From positions 28,749-92,748 of the forward strand of contig JAZRBW010000101.1 of the NCBI GenBank assembly GCA_045635305.1: a stretch of DNA of 64,000 bases. Reading direction: 5' to 3'. Made by a program: the position numbers and the translations under genes. Every line of letters starts with the position of its first letter. Position 1 is the stretch's first letter. The stretch is from Faecousia sp. Its GTDB lineage: Bacteria > Bacillota > Clostridia > Oscillospirales > Oscillospiraceae. The notes beneath the pieces are model-generated. The model did not search any database and was not told the origin of the DNA. It worked only from the letters and a program-made list of their open reading frames with translations. Positions 26,852-34,686 of this stretch are shown in pieces.

Positions 26852-29074
26852 TCACTCCGGTATAATTACATCAGAAGGCGCAATGGTTATGTAGACTGTG
26901 TTGTCTTCACCGTATTCTATACCCGACACAACATAATCTGCATACGCATCCATTACCCAGGCAAAGCTGACCCAATCAATTTTTAGTTCCTCATTCGGAT
27001 AGAGCCGGTAGCTGCCGCATCCCTGATCATCCAGAATTACACTGCCCATGCCGTCGTTCGAGCGGTGGAAATCAATGATGGAATGGGTGACAGGCTGACC
27101 GTTTACATCCTTCAGATAGACCTTATAGGCCACCATGCCGTCGTATTTCATGTCGACGATCAGACTTTTGCTGAATGTATCAAAACCATATTGATAGTAA
27201 TCAAAAAGAACCGCAGAATAATCATCGGGGCAAGAAATAACATAGAAATGAACCAATGATGCGTCGGATGCAGTTGATTCAAAGGTGATCTGCCCATTCT
27301 CATCCGATGTGTAACAGTCAGCTTTTCCACCGTAAATATCATCTGTGACCGCGATCCGTACACCGCTGATGGGGTTTCCGGTTTCTATATCAGCAAAATT
27401 GACTGTGTAGGTATTGGACTGGGCAATGGTAATATAAATGTTGTTTCTTTCACCATATTCAACATTGACGATTCCGCAGTTTTCGTAACCATCCGGCAAC
27501 ACAGAAACCGTAACGGAAATATCGCCTGCAAGCCAACGCAAAGATAGCTTACCTTGGCTGTCAGTCATTTTCTCTCCAAGTTTTCTGCCATCCATATATA
27601 CCCATAGACCAACATTTCCAACGGGATTTCCCTCTGCGTCAACGGTGTATATGTTATACTGCGTTTTGCCGTCGTAAAGAAGCTGAACGGTGGTGCTTCT
27701 CTGGTAAGGCAAGAATCCATACTCCATATCATCCGGGCTGGGAGAATAATATCCGTTCGGGACATATGTGATATAATATTTCACAGCGGAAGGATCTGCA
27801 ACCGTGGTTTGGAAGGTTACTGTACCAAGCCGGTCAGAGACATAATACTGCATTGCACTGCCGTCTGGCGGCATATAACCAATCTCCGCGCCGGCCACAG
27901 GCATATAGACACTGTCAACAACATAAACCGTGTAGGTATACAGTGTTCCCGGCTCTTTGTTCAGGTCCAGTTGGATCTCCATCTGATGCTGACCGACGTC
28001 AAAATCGAAAACCGTATCGTAATAATCCGCATTGTTCGGAATTGTAACCTTGCACCAAAGTTCACCTTCATAATGGAAGGAGAAACAACCTTCTGCATTT
28101 GTCATACCGGACTTCCAGATGCCCAGGCCGTCGATATCGGTAAGCATACCGGCAACCGCAAGTCGGAAATTGGGTACGGGATCTCCATATTCATCCACAA
28201 TACGGACTGTATAGATGTCTGCGGCATCGTAGCCATACTCTTCATAGGTGTGCAGCTCGATCTCGAAATCCAGTTTGTTCTTTTGAAGCGTGAAGTGCTC
28301 GTCGCTGCTGGACACAACATATCCATCGGGAACATAAGCAACAGAAACTGCGTGGGAACCGGTGCCATAGTCAGCAACAAATCTGCACACACCGGATTCA
28401 TCGCTTACCTGCATCTGTTCCTCCTGGCCGGAGGAATAGAAATAAATGGCAGTCCCAGGTACTCCCTCGCCGGCAGAGTTTACGACAGTGAAAGTAAAGG
28501 TAACAGGAAGCTCCTCTAACTGCACACGCAAATCCCGCTGTCCTGCCTCAAAGGAGAAGAAAACATCACCGTAGTTTACCTGATACTGGACCGGAAGATC
28601 CGTCAGTCGAACGCTGTAGCTGTCACTTTCAGGCAGAATAAAGGTTGCGCTGCCATCAGAGCCAATCTGGCTGCTGTAGAGCAACTGTTCACAGCTGTAA
28701 ATATTCACACCGGCACCGGACAGGTCCGTTTTATTGGTTGTGCTGACCTGTACAGTGTAAACCGCCAGCGGCGCCGTGGTTTGCGGCGGCGTTGGTAATG
28801 TAGCAGCAGGCTCTTTTGCCTGCATAGACGGTTGCGCGAAGAAATGGGTATAAACGAAGAATGCGCCGGTAACAATCACAGCCACCAAAACAATAATCAG
28901 CAGGCAGCGTATCATTCTATGCAGCGAAAATTTAGAGCCCTTCGACTCGTTTTTCTGTGTGGCTATTGCATAAGAAACAGGATCGCCAATAATCAAACCG
29001 CAATGGGGACAAATAAAATCGCTTTGCGCAATTTCTTTCTTGCACCTTGCACACTTATTGCTCACTGGTATCAC
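26852..29074 (-). CDS. Zinc-ribbon single-pass membrane protein with seven Ig-like (prealbumin/carboxypeptidase-regulatory-like) repeats
   Basis: CARC..CPHCG, TM, Pro/Thr linker, 7 repeats of YTV...D..G.PV.G...D..G...F...P.GY. Confidence 0.75.
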   Translation of the reverse strand: MIPVSNKCARCKKEIAQSDFICPHCGLIIGDPVSYAIATQKNESKGSKFSLHRMIRCLLIIVLVAVIVTGAFFVYTHFFAQPSMQAKEPAATLPTPPQTTAPLAVYTVQVSTTNKTDLSGAGVNIYSCEQLLYSSQIGSDGSATFILPESDSYSVRLTDLPVQYQVNYGDVFFSFEAGQRDLRVQLEELPVTFTFTVVNSAGEGVPGTAIYFYSSGQEEQMQVSDESGVCRFVADYGTGSHAVSVAYVPDGYVVSSSDEHFTLQKNKLDFEIELHTYEEYGYDAADIYTVRIVDEYGDPVPNFRLAVAGMLTDIDGLGIWKSGMTNAEGCFSFHYEGELWCKVTIPNNADYYDTVFDFDVGQHQMEIQLDLNKEPGTLYTYTVYVVDSVYMPVAGAEIGYMPPDGSAMQYYVSDRLGTVTFQTTVADPSAVKYYITYVPNGYYSPSPDDMEYGFLPYQRSTTVQLLYDGKTQYNIYTVDAEGNPVGNVGLWVYMDGRKLGEKMTDSQGKLSLRWLAGDISVTVSVLPDGYENCGIVNVEYGERNNIYITIAQSNTYTVNFADIETGNPISGVRIAVTDDIYGGKADCYTSDENGQITFESTASDASLVHFYVISCPDDYSAVLFDYYQYGFDTFSKSLIVDMKYDGMVAYKVYLKDVNGQPVTHSIIDFHRSNDGMGSVILDDQGCGSYRLYPNEELKIDWVSFAWVMDAYADYVVSGIEYGEDNTVYITIAPSDVIIPE

Positions 29075-29110
29075 CTTCCTTTTCAGTCATTATATCACAT
29101 CTGTCAACAG

Positions 29111-29145
29111 AAAAAGACTCTGCCAAGAATACAGGCAGAGTCTTT
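29111..29145 (-). terminator. Terminator after xerD
   Basis: AAAGACTCTGCC/GGCAGAGTCTTT stem plus T run on the minus strand. Confidence 0.8.
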
Positions 29146-30028
29146 ATGCTTTGGGATGGCATTTTTCGTAAACGGTTTTCAATTTTTGGTTGACCATGTG
29201 AGTATACATCTGGGTAGAAGAAATATCGCTGTGACCCAAAAGTTCCTGCAAAGAGTCCAAATCCGCACCGTTTTCCAGCAGATGTACCGCAAAGCTGTGA
29301 CGCAGGGTATGGGGCGTAATTTCTTTATCGATGTGCGCGGTCGCCTGATAGTGCTTCAGGATCTTCCAGAAGCCCTGACGGCTCATGCGAACACCGGAAA
29401 TATTGACGAACAAGGCCCGTTCATCCGGATCCGCGACCAAACCGGGACGCACATTCTTCAGGTAGGATTGTAAGACCTTCATAGCGCCGGGATACAGGGG
29501 AATCGCACGGAACTTCTTGGCGCCAATACATTTGATGATGCCGGCATCCAGATTGACATCGTCCACATTCAATCCGATCAGCTCAGAAACGCGAACACCG
29601 GTGGCGTACATGATCTCCAACATAGCTTTGTCACGGCAGCCTTTGGGATCGGTAACAATCGGCTGATTCAAAAGTAATTCAATTTCACGACCATTGAGAA
29701 TTTGAGGCAGTTTCTTTTCGCCGCGGTCGATTTGAATATCGCTCACAGGCGTTTGCTCCAGGAATCCGGAAGAAATCATATACGCATAGAAATTCTTCAG
29801 ACTGGCAAGCGTGCGCGACAGGGTCGCACCGGAGCGACCGTCCATCTGCAAATGCTCAATATAGCCGGAAATATGTATATGCTGGGCAGCAGAAACATCC
29901 AGATCGGCAGTTGTGTCCAGCCAAACGGAAAACTGGCGAATATCACGCATATACGAAGATACGGTATTTACGGACGCCTGCTTTACCTTGGTAAGATAAT
30001 TCTCATAGGCCCGAATTAAATCCAGCAT
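29144..30028 (-). CDS. xerD: Site-specific tyrosine recombinase XerD
   Basis: TGVRVSEL, XerD-type SRQGFW, TPHTLRHSFA.HLLENGAD, LGH..ISSTQMY, C-terminal HPKA. Confidence 0.88.
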   Translation of the reverse strand: MLDLIRAYENYLTKVKQASVNTVSSYMRDIRQFSVWLDTTADLDVSAAQHIHISGYIEHLQMDGRSGATLSRTLASLKNFYAYMISSGFLEQTPVSDIQIDRGEKKLPQILNGREIELLLNQPIVTDPKGCRDKAMLEIMYATGVRVSELIGLNVDDVNLDAGIIKCIGAKKFRAIPLYPGAMKVLQSYLKNVRPGLVADPDERALFVNISGVRMSRQGFWKILKHYQATAHIDKEITPHTLRHSFAVHLLENGADLDSLQELLGHSDISSTQMYTHMVNQKLKTVYEKCHPKA

Positions 30029-30188
30029 AGACACTCTCCTTTCTGAAAATTCCTGAAAATAACGAAAATATAACCATCTTGCAGCCTGTTACAGGCAACA
30101 AAACGGTCAAAATCATCATAATTCCCTGTGCATTAAATATAGCGGATATAAAATTAAAAAGCAAGACAGAAATACCGGAATATAACAT

Positions 30189-30234
30189 TTTTGTAAATTA
30201 TGCCAACAATTATGTTAACAAATTTATGTAAACT
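30189..30234 (+). repeat. Tandem direct repeats resembling the XerD arm of dif
   Basis: TTTTGTAAATT (30189), TTATGCCAACA (30198), TTATGTTAACA (30210), TTATGTAAACT (30224). Confidence 0.5.
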
Positions 30235-30271
30235 TAGGCAACCGTCTTTTGCATCGGTTGCGGATAAGATG

Positions 30272-30319
30272 CAGAAAAAGAAGATATGGTGGCGTTCTTG
30301 CTTTAAACCACCATATCTT
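30272..30319 (-). terminator. Terminator after the membrane-protein gene
   Basis: AAGATATGGTGG/CCACCATATCTT stem followed by CTTTTTC on the minus strand. Confidence 0.7.
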
Positions 30320-30394
30320 GTTTGTGCACATTTCCGTCAGTTAATTTCCGATGGGTAAATAACATTTACCCATTTGTGCATTTTGTACATCATC

Positions 30395-30808
30395 TTACAG
30401 CCGGATTTTTTGTGACTTGTATCTGCGCCGTTTGCCGCCATTCATACCCATCAAAAAGACTGCGAACACACCACCAAATGTCAACGCCACTGATGCGCCG
30501 ATGCCACTTTTTACGCCATCAAACGCAATTGCAGCAGTCGACAACAACGCAACCAGGTATATCACTCCTGCCAAGGCGCACATCATGAGCCGGTTCCCCT
30601 TTACCTTCCCCACCGTTACAAAAGCAGCGCTCATGGCGCCCAATAGAATGGATGCCATTGCGCAAACATTCATTTGGTCCATCTGCATTGTTTCCGTGTA
30701 AATCAGAATGGTAGCAGCAACAGCCACCAGTACACTCACAAACAGTCCGAATACAGGCCCCAGAATCAGCGCATATGGTATTTTTGTTTTCCTATCCTTA
30801 AAGCTCAC
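30395..30808 (-). CDS. Four-TM membrane protein (TIGR04086/DUF3792-like)
   Basis: Four hydrophobic helices, GAMSAAF..GK.KG..L pattern, basic C-terminal tail. Confidence 0.65.
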   Translation of the reverse strand: MSFKDRKTKIPYALILGPVFGLFVSVLVAVAATILIYTETMQMDQMNVCAMASILLGAMSAAFVTVGKVKGNRLMMCALAGVIYLVALLSTAAIAFDGVKSGIGASVALTFGGVFAVFLMGMNGGKRRRYKSQKIRL

Positions 30809-30849
30809 TGTCCATCTCCCCTTTCGTAATATCCCTATGCTCGCGTTGC

Positions 30850-30882
30850 AAAAAAATAACCGGAGCAGACGATCTGCTCCGG
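30850..30882 (-). terminator. Terminator of the rsmD-coaD operon
   Basis: CCGGAGCAGA/TCTGCTCCGG stem then TTATTTTTTT on the minus strand. Confidence 0.8.
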
Positions 30883-30896
30883 CAATTATTATTTAC

Positions 30897-31376
30897 TTAT
30901 TCCTCAACAGCAGGCTGTGCGGTGAGGGCCTGGAACTTGGCGCGGGTATCCTTCACCTCAGCCAGGGACTGGGCAATGGCCTCTTCGGTGCGGCGAAGGG
31001 CATCGTCCATGTACTCGTTGCTGGCCTTACGCAGACCTGCAATCTGAACCTTGGTCTGTTCCACCATCTCCAGGCACTGACGCTTAGCCTCGTTGTATAC
31101 TGCCTCCTGAGAGACCATACGGGCAGCTTCCTCAGCAGCCTTACGAATGATGTTTTCAGCCTCGTGTCTTGCCTGGCTGATCAGTTCATTGCGGGATTCC
31201 ACAATCGTGCGGCTCTGCTTCAGCTCGGCAGGCAGCTGAGCAATGATCTCATCGAGCATATCCAATGCTTTCTCACGCTCAATGATACATCTGTCAGCAC
31301 CCAGGGGCAGTGCTCTTGCATCCTGGATCATGTCATATAGGGAAGTGATGATATCTTCAATATGCTGGTCGTTCAT
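30897..31376 (-). CDS. Conserved coiled-coil protein downstream of coaD (DivIVA/SepIVA-like)
   Basis: ARALPL..LDEIIAQLPAELKQSR then long heptads; usual rsmD-coaD neighbour. Confidence 0.75.
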   Translation of the reverse strand: MNDQHIEDIITSLYDMIQDARALPLGADRCIIEREKALDMLDEIIAQLPAELKQSRTIVESRNELISQARHEAENIIRKAAEEAARMVSQEAVYNEAKRQCLEMVEQTKVQIAGLRKASNEYMDDALRRTEEAIAQSLAEVKDTRAKFQALTAQPAVEE

Positions 31377-31876
31377 TTGGAATTTCCTCCTTGACGTTTT
31401 TCATTTATTCTGTTCTGAAAGTCCGGGATGATCTGCGCCGGCAAAAATTCAGATAGATCTACGTGATAACTGCCCAGTTCCTTCACCGTACTGGAACTTA
31501 GGTACATATACTGGCTCTCCGCGGTCAGGAACATGGTATCCAGATTGGGATTGATTTTATGATTGATCAGCGCCATCTGAAACTCATTTTCGAAATCGGA
31601 ACCAGCTCGCAGGCCCTTTACAATCACACAGCTGCCACGCTTCTGTGCATAATCCGCAAGAAGCTCATTGGAGCAGTCTACTTCAACATTGGGGATGTCT
31701 GCCGTCACTCTTTTAATCAAATCCACCCGCTCACTCAGCGTAAACATTGGATTTTTTCCCGCATTGACCATAACGCAAACAATCAGCTTATCAAAAATTT
31801 TAGCTGCGCGACGTATGATATTCAAGTGTCCACTGGTCACCGGGTCAAAGCTACCGGGATATATGGCGATCTTCAC
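31373..31876 (-). CDS. coaD: Phosphopantetheine adenylyltransferase
   Basis: YPGSFDPVTSGH, KGLR..DFE.E and YLSSS.VKE motifs. Confidence 0.96.
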   Translation of the reverse strand: MKIAIYPGSFDPVTSGHLNIIRRAAKIFDKLIVCVMVNAGKNPMFTLSERVDLIKRVTADIPNVEVDCSNELLADYAQKRGSCVIVKGLRAGSDFENEFQMALINHKINPNLDTMFLTAESQYMYLSSSTVKELGSYHVDLSEFLPAQIIPDFQNRINEKRQGGNSK

Positions 31877-31890
31877 AGACGATCACCTCC

Positions 31891-32433
31891 TCAATCTTTG
31901 CGGTAAATCGTTACCAGGGTTTTGCCGTATTTATAGTCCTTTGATCTGGAAAATCCGGGAAAATCCGGTAAATCCAGCTTTTCCAAGGGTCTCTCGGCTA
32001 CTATTATACCACCACTTTGTAAAATGTCAATTTCCGTTATTAAATTTAGCGCATTTTCCAGAAAAACTTCTCCATAAGGCGGATCCAGAAAAATAATGCC
32101 AAATTTTTCCTTGCAGCTACGAAGAAAAGCAAGATAATCTCCCCGCACAACTCTGGCTTGTCCCTCCAGTTTCGTTCTGCGCAGGTTTTCCCGGATCAAT
32201 TTACAGGCCGCTTCTCCAGCGTCCACAAACACAGCACTTTTCGCTCCTCGGCTCAGCGCTTCAATACCAAGCTGACCCGTACCGCCAAACAGATCCAGCA
32301 CAGCCATGCCGGGTATATCAAAATTGATTACACTGAAAAGGGCCTCCTTTACTCTGTCAGCGGTTGGTCTCGTAACCATGCCCTCCGGCGTTTTCAGCAC
32401 AACGCCCCGTGCCTTTCCTGTTATAACCCGCAT
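31891..32433 (-). CDS. rsmD: 16S rRNA m2G966 methyltransferase
   Basis: RPTADRVKEALF, LDLFGGTGQLGIEALSRGA and DPPY motifs. Confidence 0.94.
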   Translation of the reverse strand: MRVITGKARGVVLKTPEGMVTRPTADRVKEALFSVINFDIPGMAVLDLFGGTGQLGIEALSRGAKSAVFVDAGEAACKLIRENLRRTKLEGQARVVRGDYLAFLRSCKEKFGIIFLDPPYGEVFLENALNLITEIDILQSGGIIVAERPLEKLDLPDFPGFSRSKDYKYGKTLVTIYRKD

Positions 32434-32450
32434 AAGCGCATAAATCTCCT

Positions 32451-34268
32451 TTATTCATTATTGCTGTGAAAATGCTGATACACCGCATTGGCCGCGTCCT
32501 TGGGAAGCAGTCGTTCCAACTCAGAAAGCGTGGAGTGCCGTATAGCAGAAACTGAGCGAAAGGTCTTAAGAAGCTGTTCTTTTCGTTTTGGCCCGATGCC
32601 CGGTATATTGTCCAGCTCAGAATAGCGCAATCGTTTGCTGCGCAGGTTTCTGTGATAGGAAACAGCAAAGCGGTGTACCTCCTCCTGGATGGTTCCTATA
32701 AAGGCGAATACAGTTTGCTGGCTATCGATCGCGATCAAATCGCCCTGTGGCGTCACCAGCGCCCGTGTACGGTGACGGTCATCCTTTACCATGCCGAATA
32801 TCGGTATACTTAGCCCCAGCTTCTCAAGGGCATCCACAGCCGTCTGTGCGTGAGTAACACCACCGTCGATCAGCAAAAGATCCGGGGTTTCCTCGAATCC
32901 TTTGTCAGCGTTTTTATAGTGCACAAATCTACGTGTCAAAACCTGGTGCATGGAGGCATAATCATCCTGTCCCGCCAGATTTTCCAACTTGAAACGCTTA
33001 TATTCACTTTTCTTTGGTCTGCCGTCCTGAAAAACAACCATTCCGGCCACAATATCCGTACCGGAGATGTTGGAAATATCATAGGCTTCAATCCGTCTTG
33101 GAGGGTCCAGCATTAGCATTTTTCCCAGCAAGGCCAAACTGCCAGTGAACTTTTCTTCCTTGTCTGTTAGTCGCTCAGCCTCCTCGAAGGCATTTCTGTT
33201 TGCCAACTCCACCAAGCGCACATTATCACCTCTTTGGGGAATGCGCAGGTGGGGACGTTTGCCGTATTGCTGTTCAAGCAGTTGGGAAAACAGCTCGCTG
33301 TCTTCAATCGCAAAGGGCAGCAGCACGTGTTTGGGCGCCACACCCCTGCTCAGATAATATTGCTTCATCAGACTCGATACAGCAGTTTCCTTATCATCAG
33401 GACGGGAAAAGACCTCATAATCCTTATCCAGCAGATTGCCACCGGAGAAATGCAGCACCGCAAAGCAGGCCTTGGTTTCCGTTTCGCCGTAACCAATTAC
33501 ATCCGTATCAGCCAAGCTGGATGCTGTCACCAACTGTTTTTGGCTCAGCGCCTCAACCGCATTGAGTCTGTCGCGCAAAGAAGCAGCCAGCTCAAATTCC
33601 AGATTTTCAGCAGCCACAAGCATCTGTTTTCTGATTTCATCGGCTGCTGTTTTATAGTTTCCCTGCAAGAGTTTTCTTGCCTGCTCCATGCGCAACCGGT
33701 ATTCTGCAGAGGTCATTATTTCCTGGCACCATCCTGCGCAGCGGTTCATATGGTAGTTAAGACAGGGTCTTTGCTTGCCAATATCTCTTGGAAACCGCTT
33801 TTTACAGGCAGGTAATTTCAGCGCCTGTCCAATTGCTTCCATAATGGAATTGGACACGCCACGGCTGCCAAAGGGACCGAAATATTCTGCGCCATCATCT
33901 GCCACACGGTTTGCCAGGGTAATCGCAGGGTATTCTTCCTTCATATTGAGTCTGAGATAGGGATAGCCCTTATCATCCTTCAAAAGGATATTGTATTTGG
34001 GCATATGCCGCTTAATAAGGCTGCATTCCAGCACCAGCGCCTCAAATTCAGATGCCGCAACAATTACATCAAAATGGTCTATGTGGCTAACCATGAGCCT
34101 GGTTTTGGGTGAATGGGTTGCAGTATCCTGAAAGTACTGGCTGACTCTGTTCTTTAGCTTCTTTGCCTTTCCAACATAAATTACAGCGTTGGTCTTATCG
34201 CGCATGATATACACACCAGGAGCAAAGGGTAGCGACAGGGCCTTATCCTTCAGTTCATCAAAAGTCAT
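32451..34268 (-). CDS. uvrC: Excinuclease ABC subunit C
   Basis: GIY-YIG PGVY..YVGKAK.L..RV.QYF, DISN, DDYASM, PDLLLIDGG and HhH motifs. Confidence 0.96.
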   Translation of the reverse strand: MTFDELKDKALSLPFAPGVYIMRDKTNAVIYVGKAKKLKNRVSQYFQDTATHSPKTRLMVSHIDHFDVIVAASEFEALVLECSLIKRHMPKYNILLKDDKGYPYLRLNMKEEYPAITLANRVADDGAEYFGPFGSRGVSNSIMEAIGQALKLPACKKRFPRDIGKQRPCLNYHMNRCAGWCQEIMTSAEYRLRMEQARKLLQGNYKTAADEIRKQMLVAAENLEFELAASLRDRLNAVEALSQKQLVTASSLADTDVIGYGETETKACFAVLHFSGGNLLDKDYEVFSRPDDKETAVSSLMKQYYLSRGVAPKHVLLPFAIEDSELFSQLLEQQYGKRPHLRIPQRGDNVRLVELANRNAFEEAERLTDKEEKFTGSLALLGKMLMLDPPRRIEAYDISNISGTDIVAGMVVFQDGRPKKSEYKRFKLENLAGQDDYASMHQVLTRRFVHYKNADKGFEETPDLLLIDGGVTHAQTAVDALEKLGLSIPIFGMVKDDRHRTRALVTPQGDLIAIDSQQTVFAFIGTIQEEVHRFAVSYHRNLRSKRLRYSELDNIPGIGPKRKEQLLKTFRSVSAIRHSTLSELERLLPKDAANAVYQHFHSNNE

Positions 34269-34325
34269 AGTATCACCAAAAAGCACCGCCTCAATGCAGC
34301 TGCACTGAGGCGGTCAGAGTTTTCA

Positions 34326-34586
34326 TCAATAAACGTCCTGCTGCAGCAGAAGCTCCAGTGCAGTCACAGCTGCCTCAGCGTCGCTGCCATCAGCCACCAG
34401 CGTGACCGCGGTGCCGGTAACAATACCCAACGACATAATGCCGAGAAGGCTCTTGGCGTTCATCTTGCGGCTGCCGGACTCCAACCAAATGGAGCAGTTA
34501 AATTCATTTGCCTTCTGAACGAAGTATGTAGCCTGACGATTATGCAGGCCGGATTCGCAGCGTACAACCACTTCTTTACTGTACAT
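34326..34586 (-). CDS. ptsH: HPr family phosphocarrier protein
   Basis: GLH15.R and NAKS46LLG motifs, 86 aa. Confidence 0.88.
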   Translation of the reverse strand: MYSKEVVVRCESGLHNRQATYFVQKANEFNCSIWLESGSRKMNAKSLLGIMSLGIVTGTAVTLVADGSDAEAAVTALELLLQQDVY

Positions 34587-34686
34587 ATGTTACAACTCCT
34601 TTTCCCGCCGATAGAGCGGTCGCTTGTTAATATGATAAGCAAAAATTGCGAACTTGTCAACCTTTTTCCGCAATATCAGCCAGGTT

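Noticed and set aside
20217-30028. Two tyrosine recombinases bracketing 8 kb as an integrative element or prophage
   Set aside because: The interval contains housekeeping pfkA; both enzymes look like chromosomal Xer proteins; no att repeats, phage or conjugation genes seen.
30029-30394. SCIFF/ranthipeptide precursor downstream of the TIGR04086-like gene
   Set aside because: No six-cysteine ORF with an SD and no SPASM radical SAM nearby; the radical SAM at 57622 is TIGR01212-type.
30860-30882. GGAGCAG/CTGCTCC match to the tRNA-Ser acceptor stem as an att remnant
   Set aside because: Only a short match and fully explained as a terminator stem.
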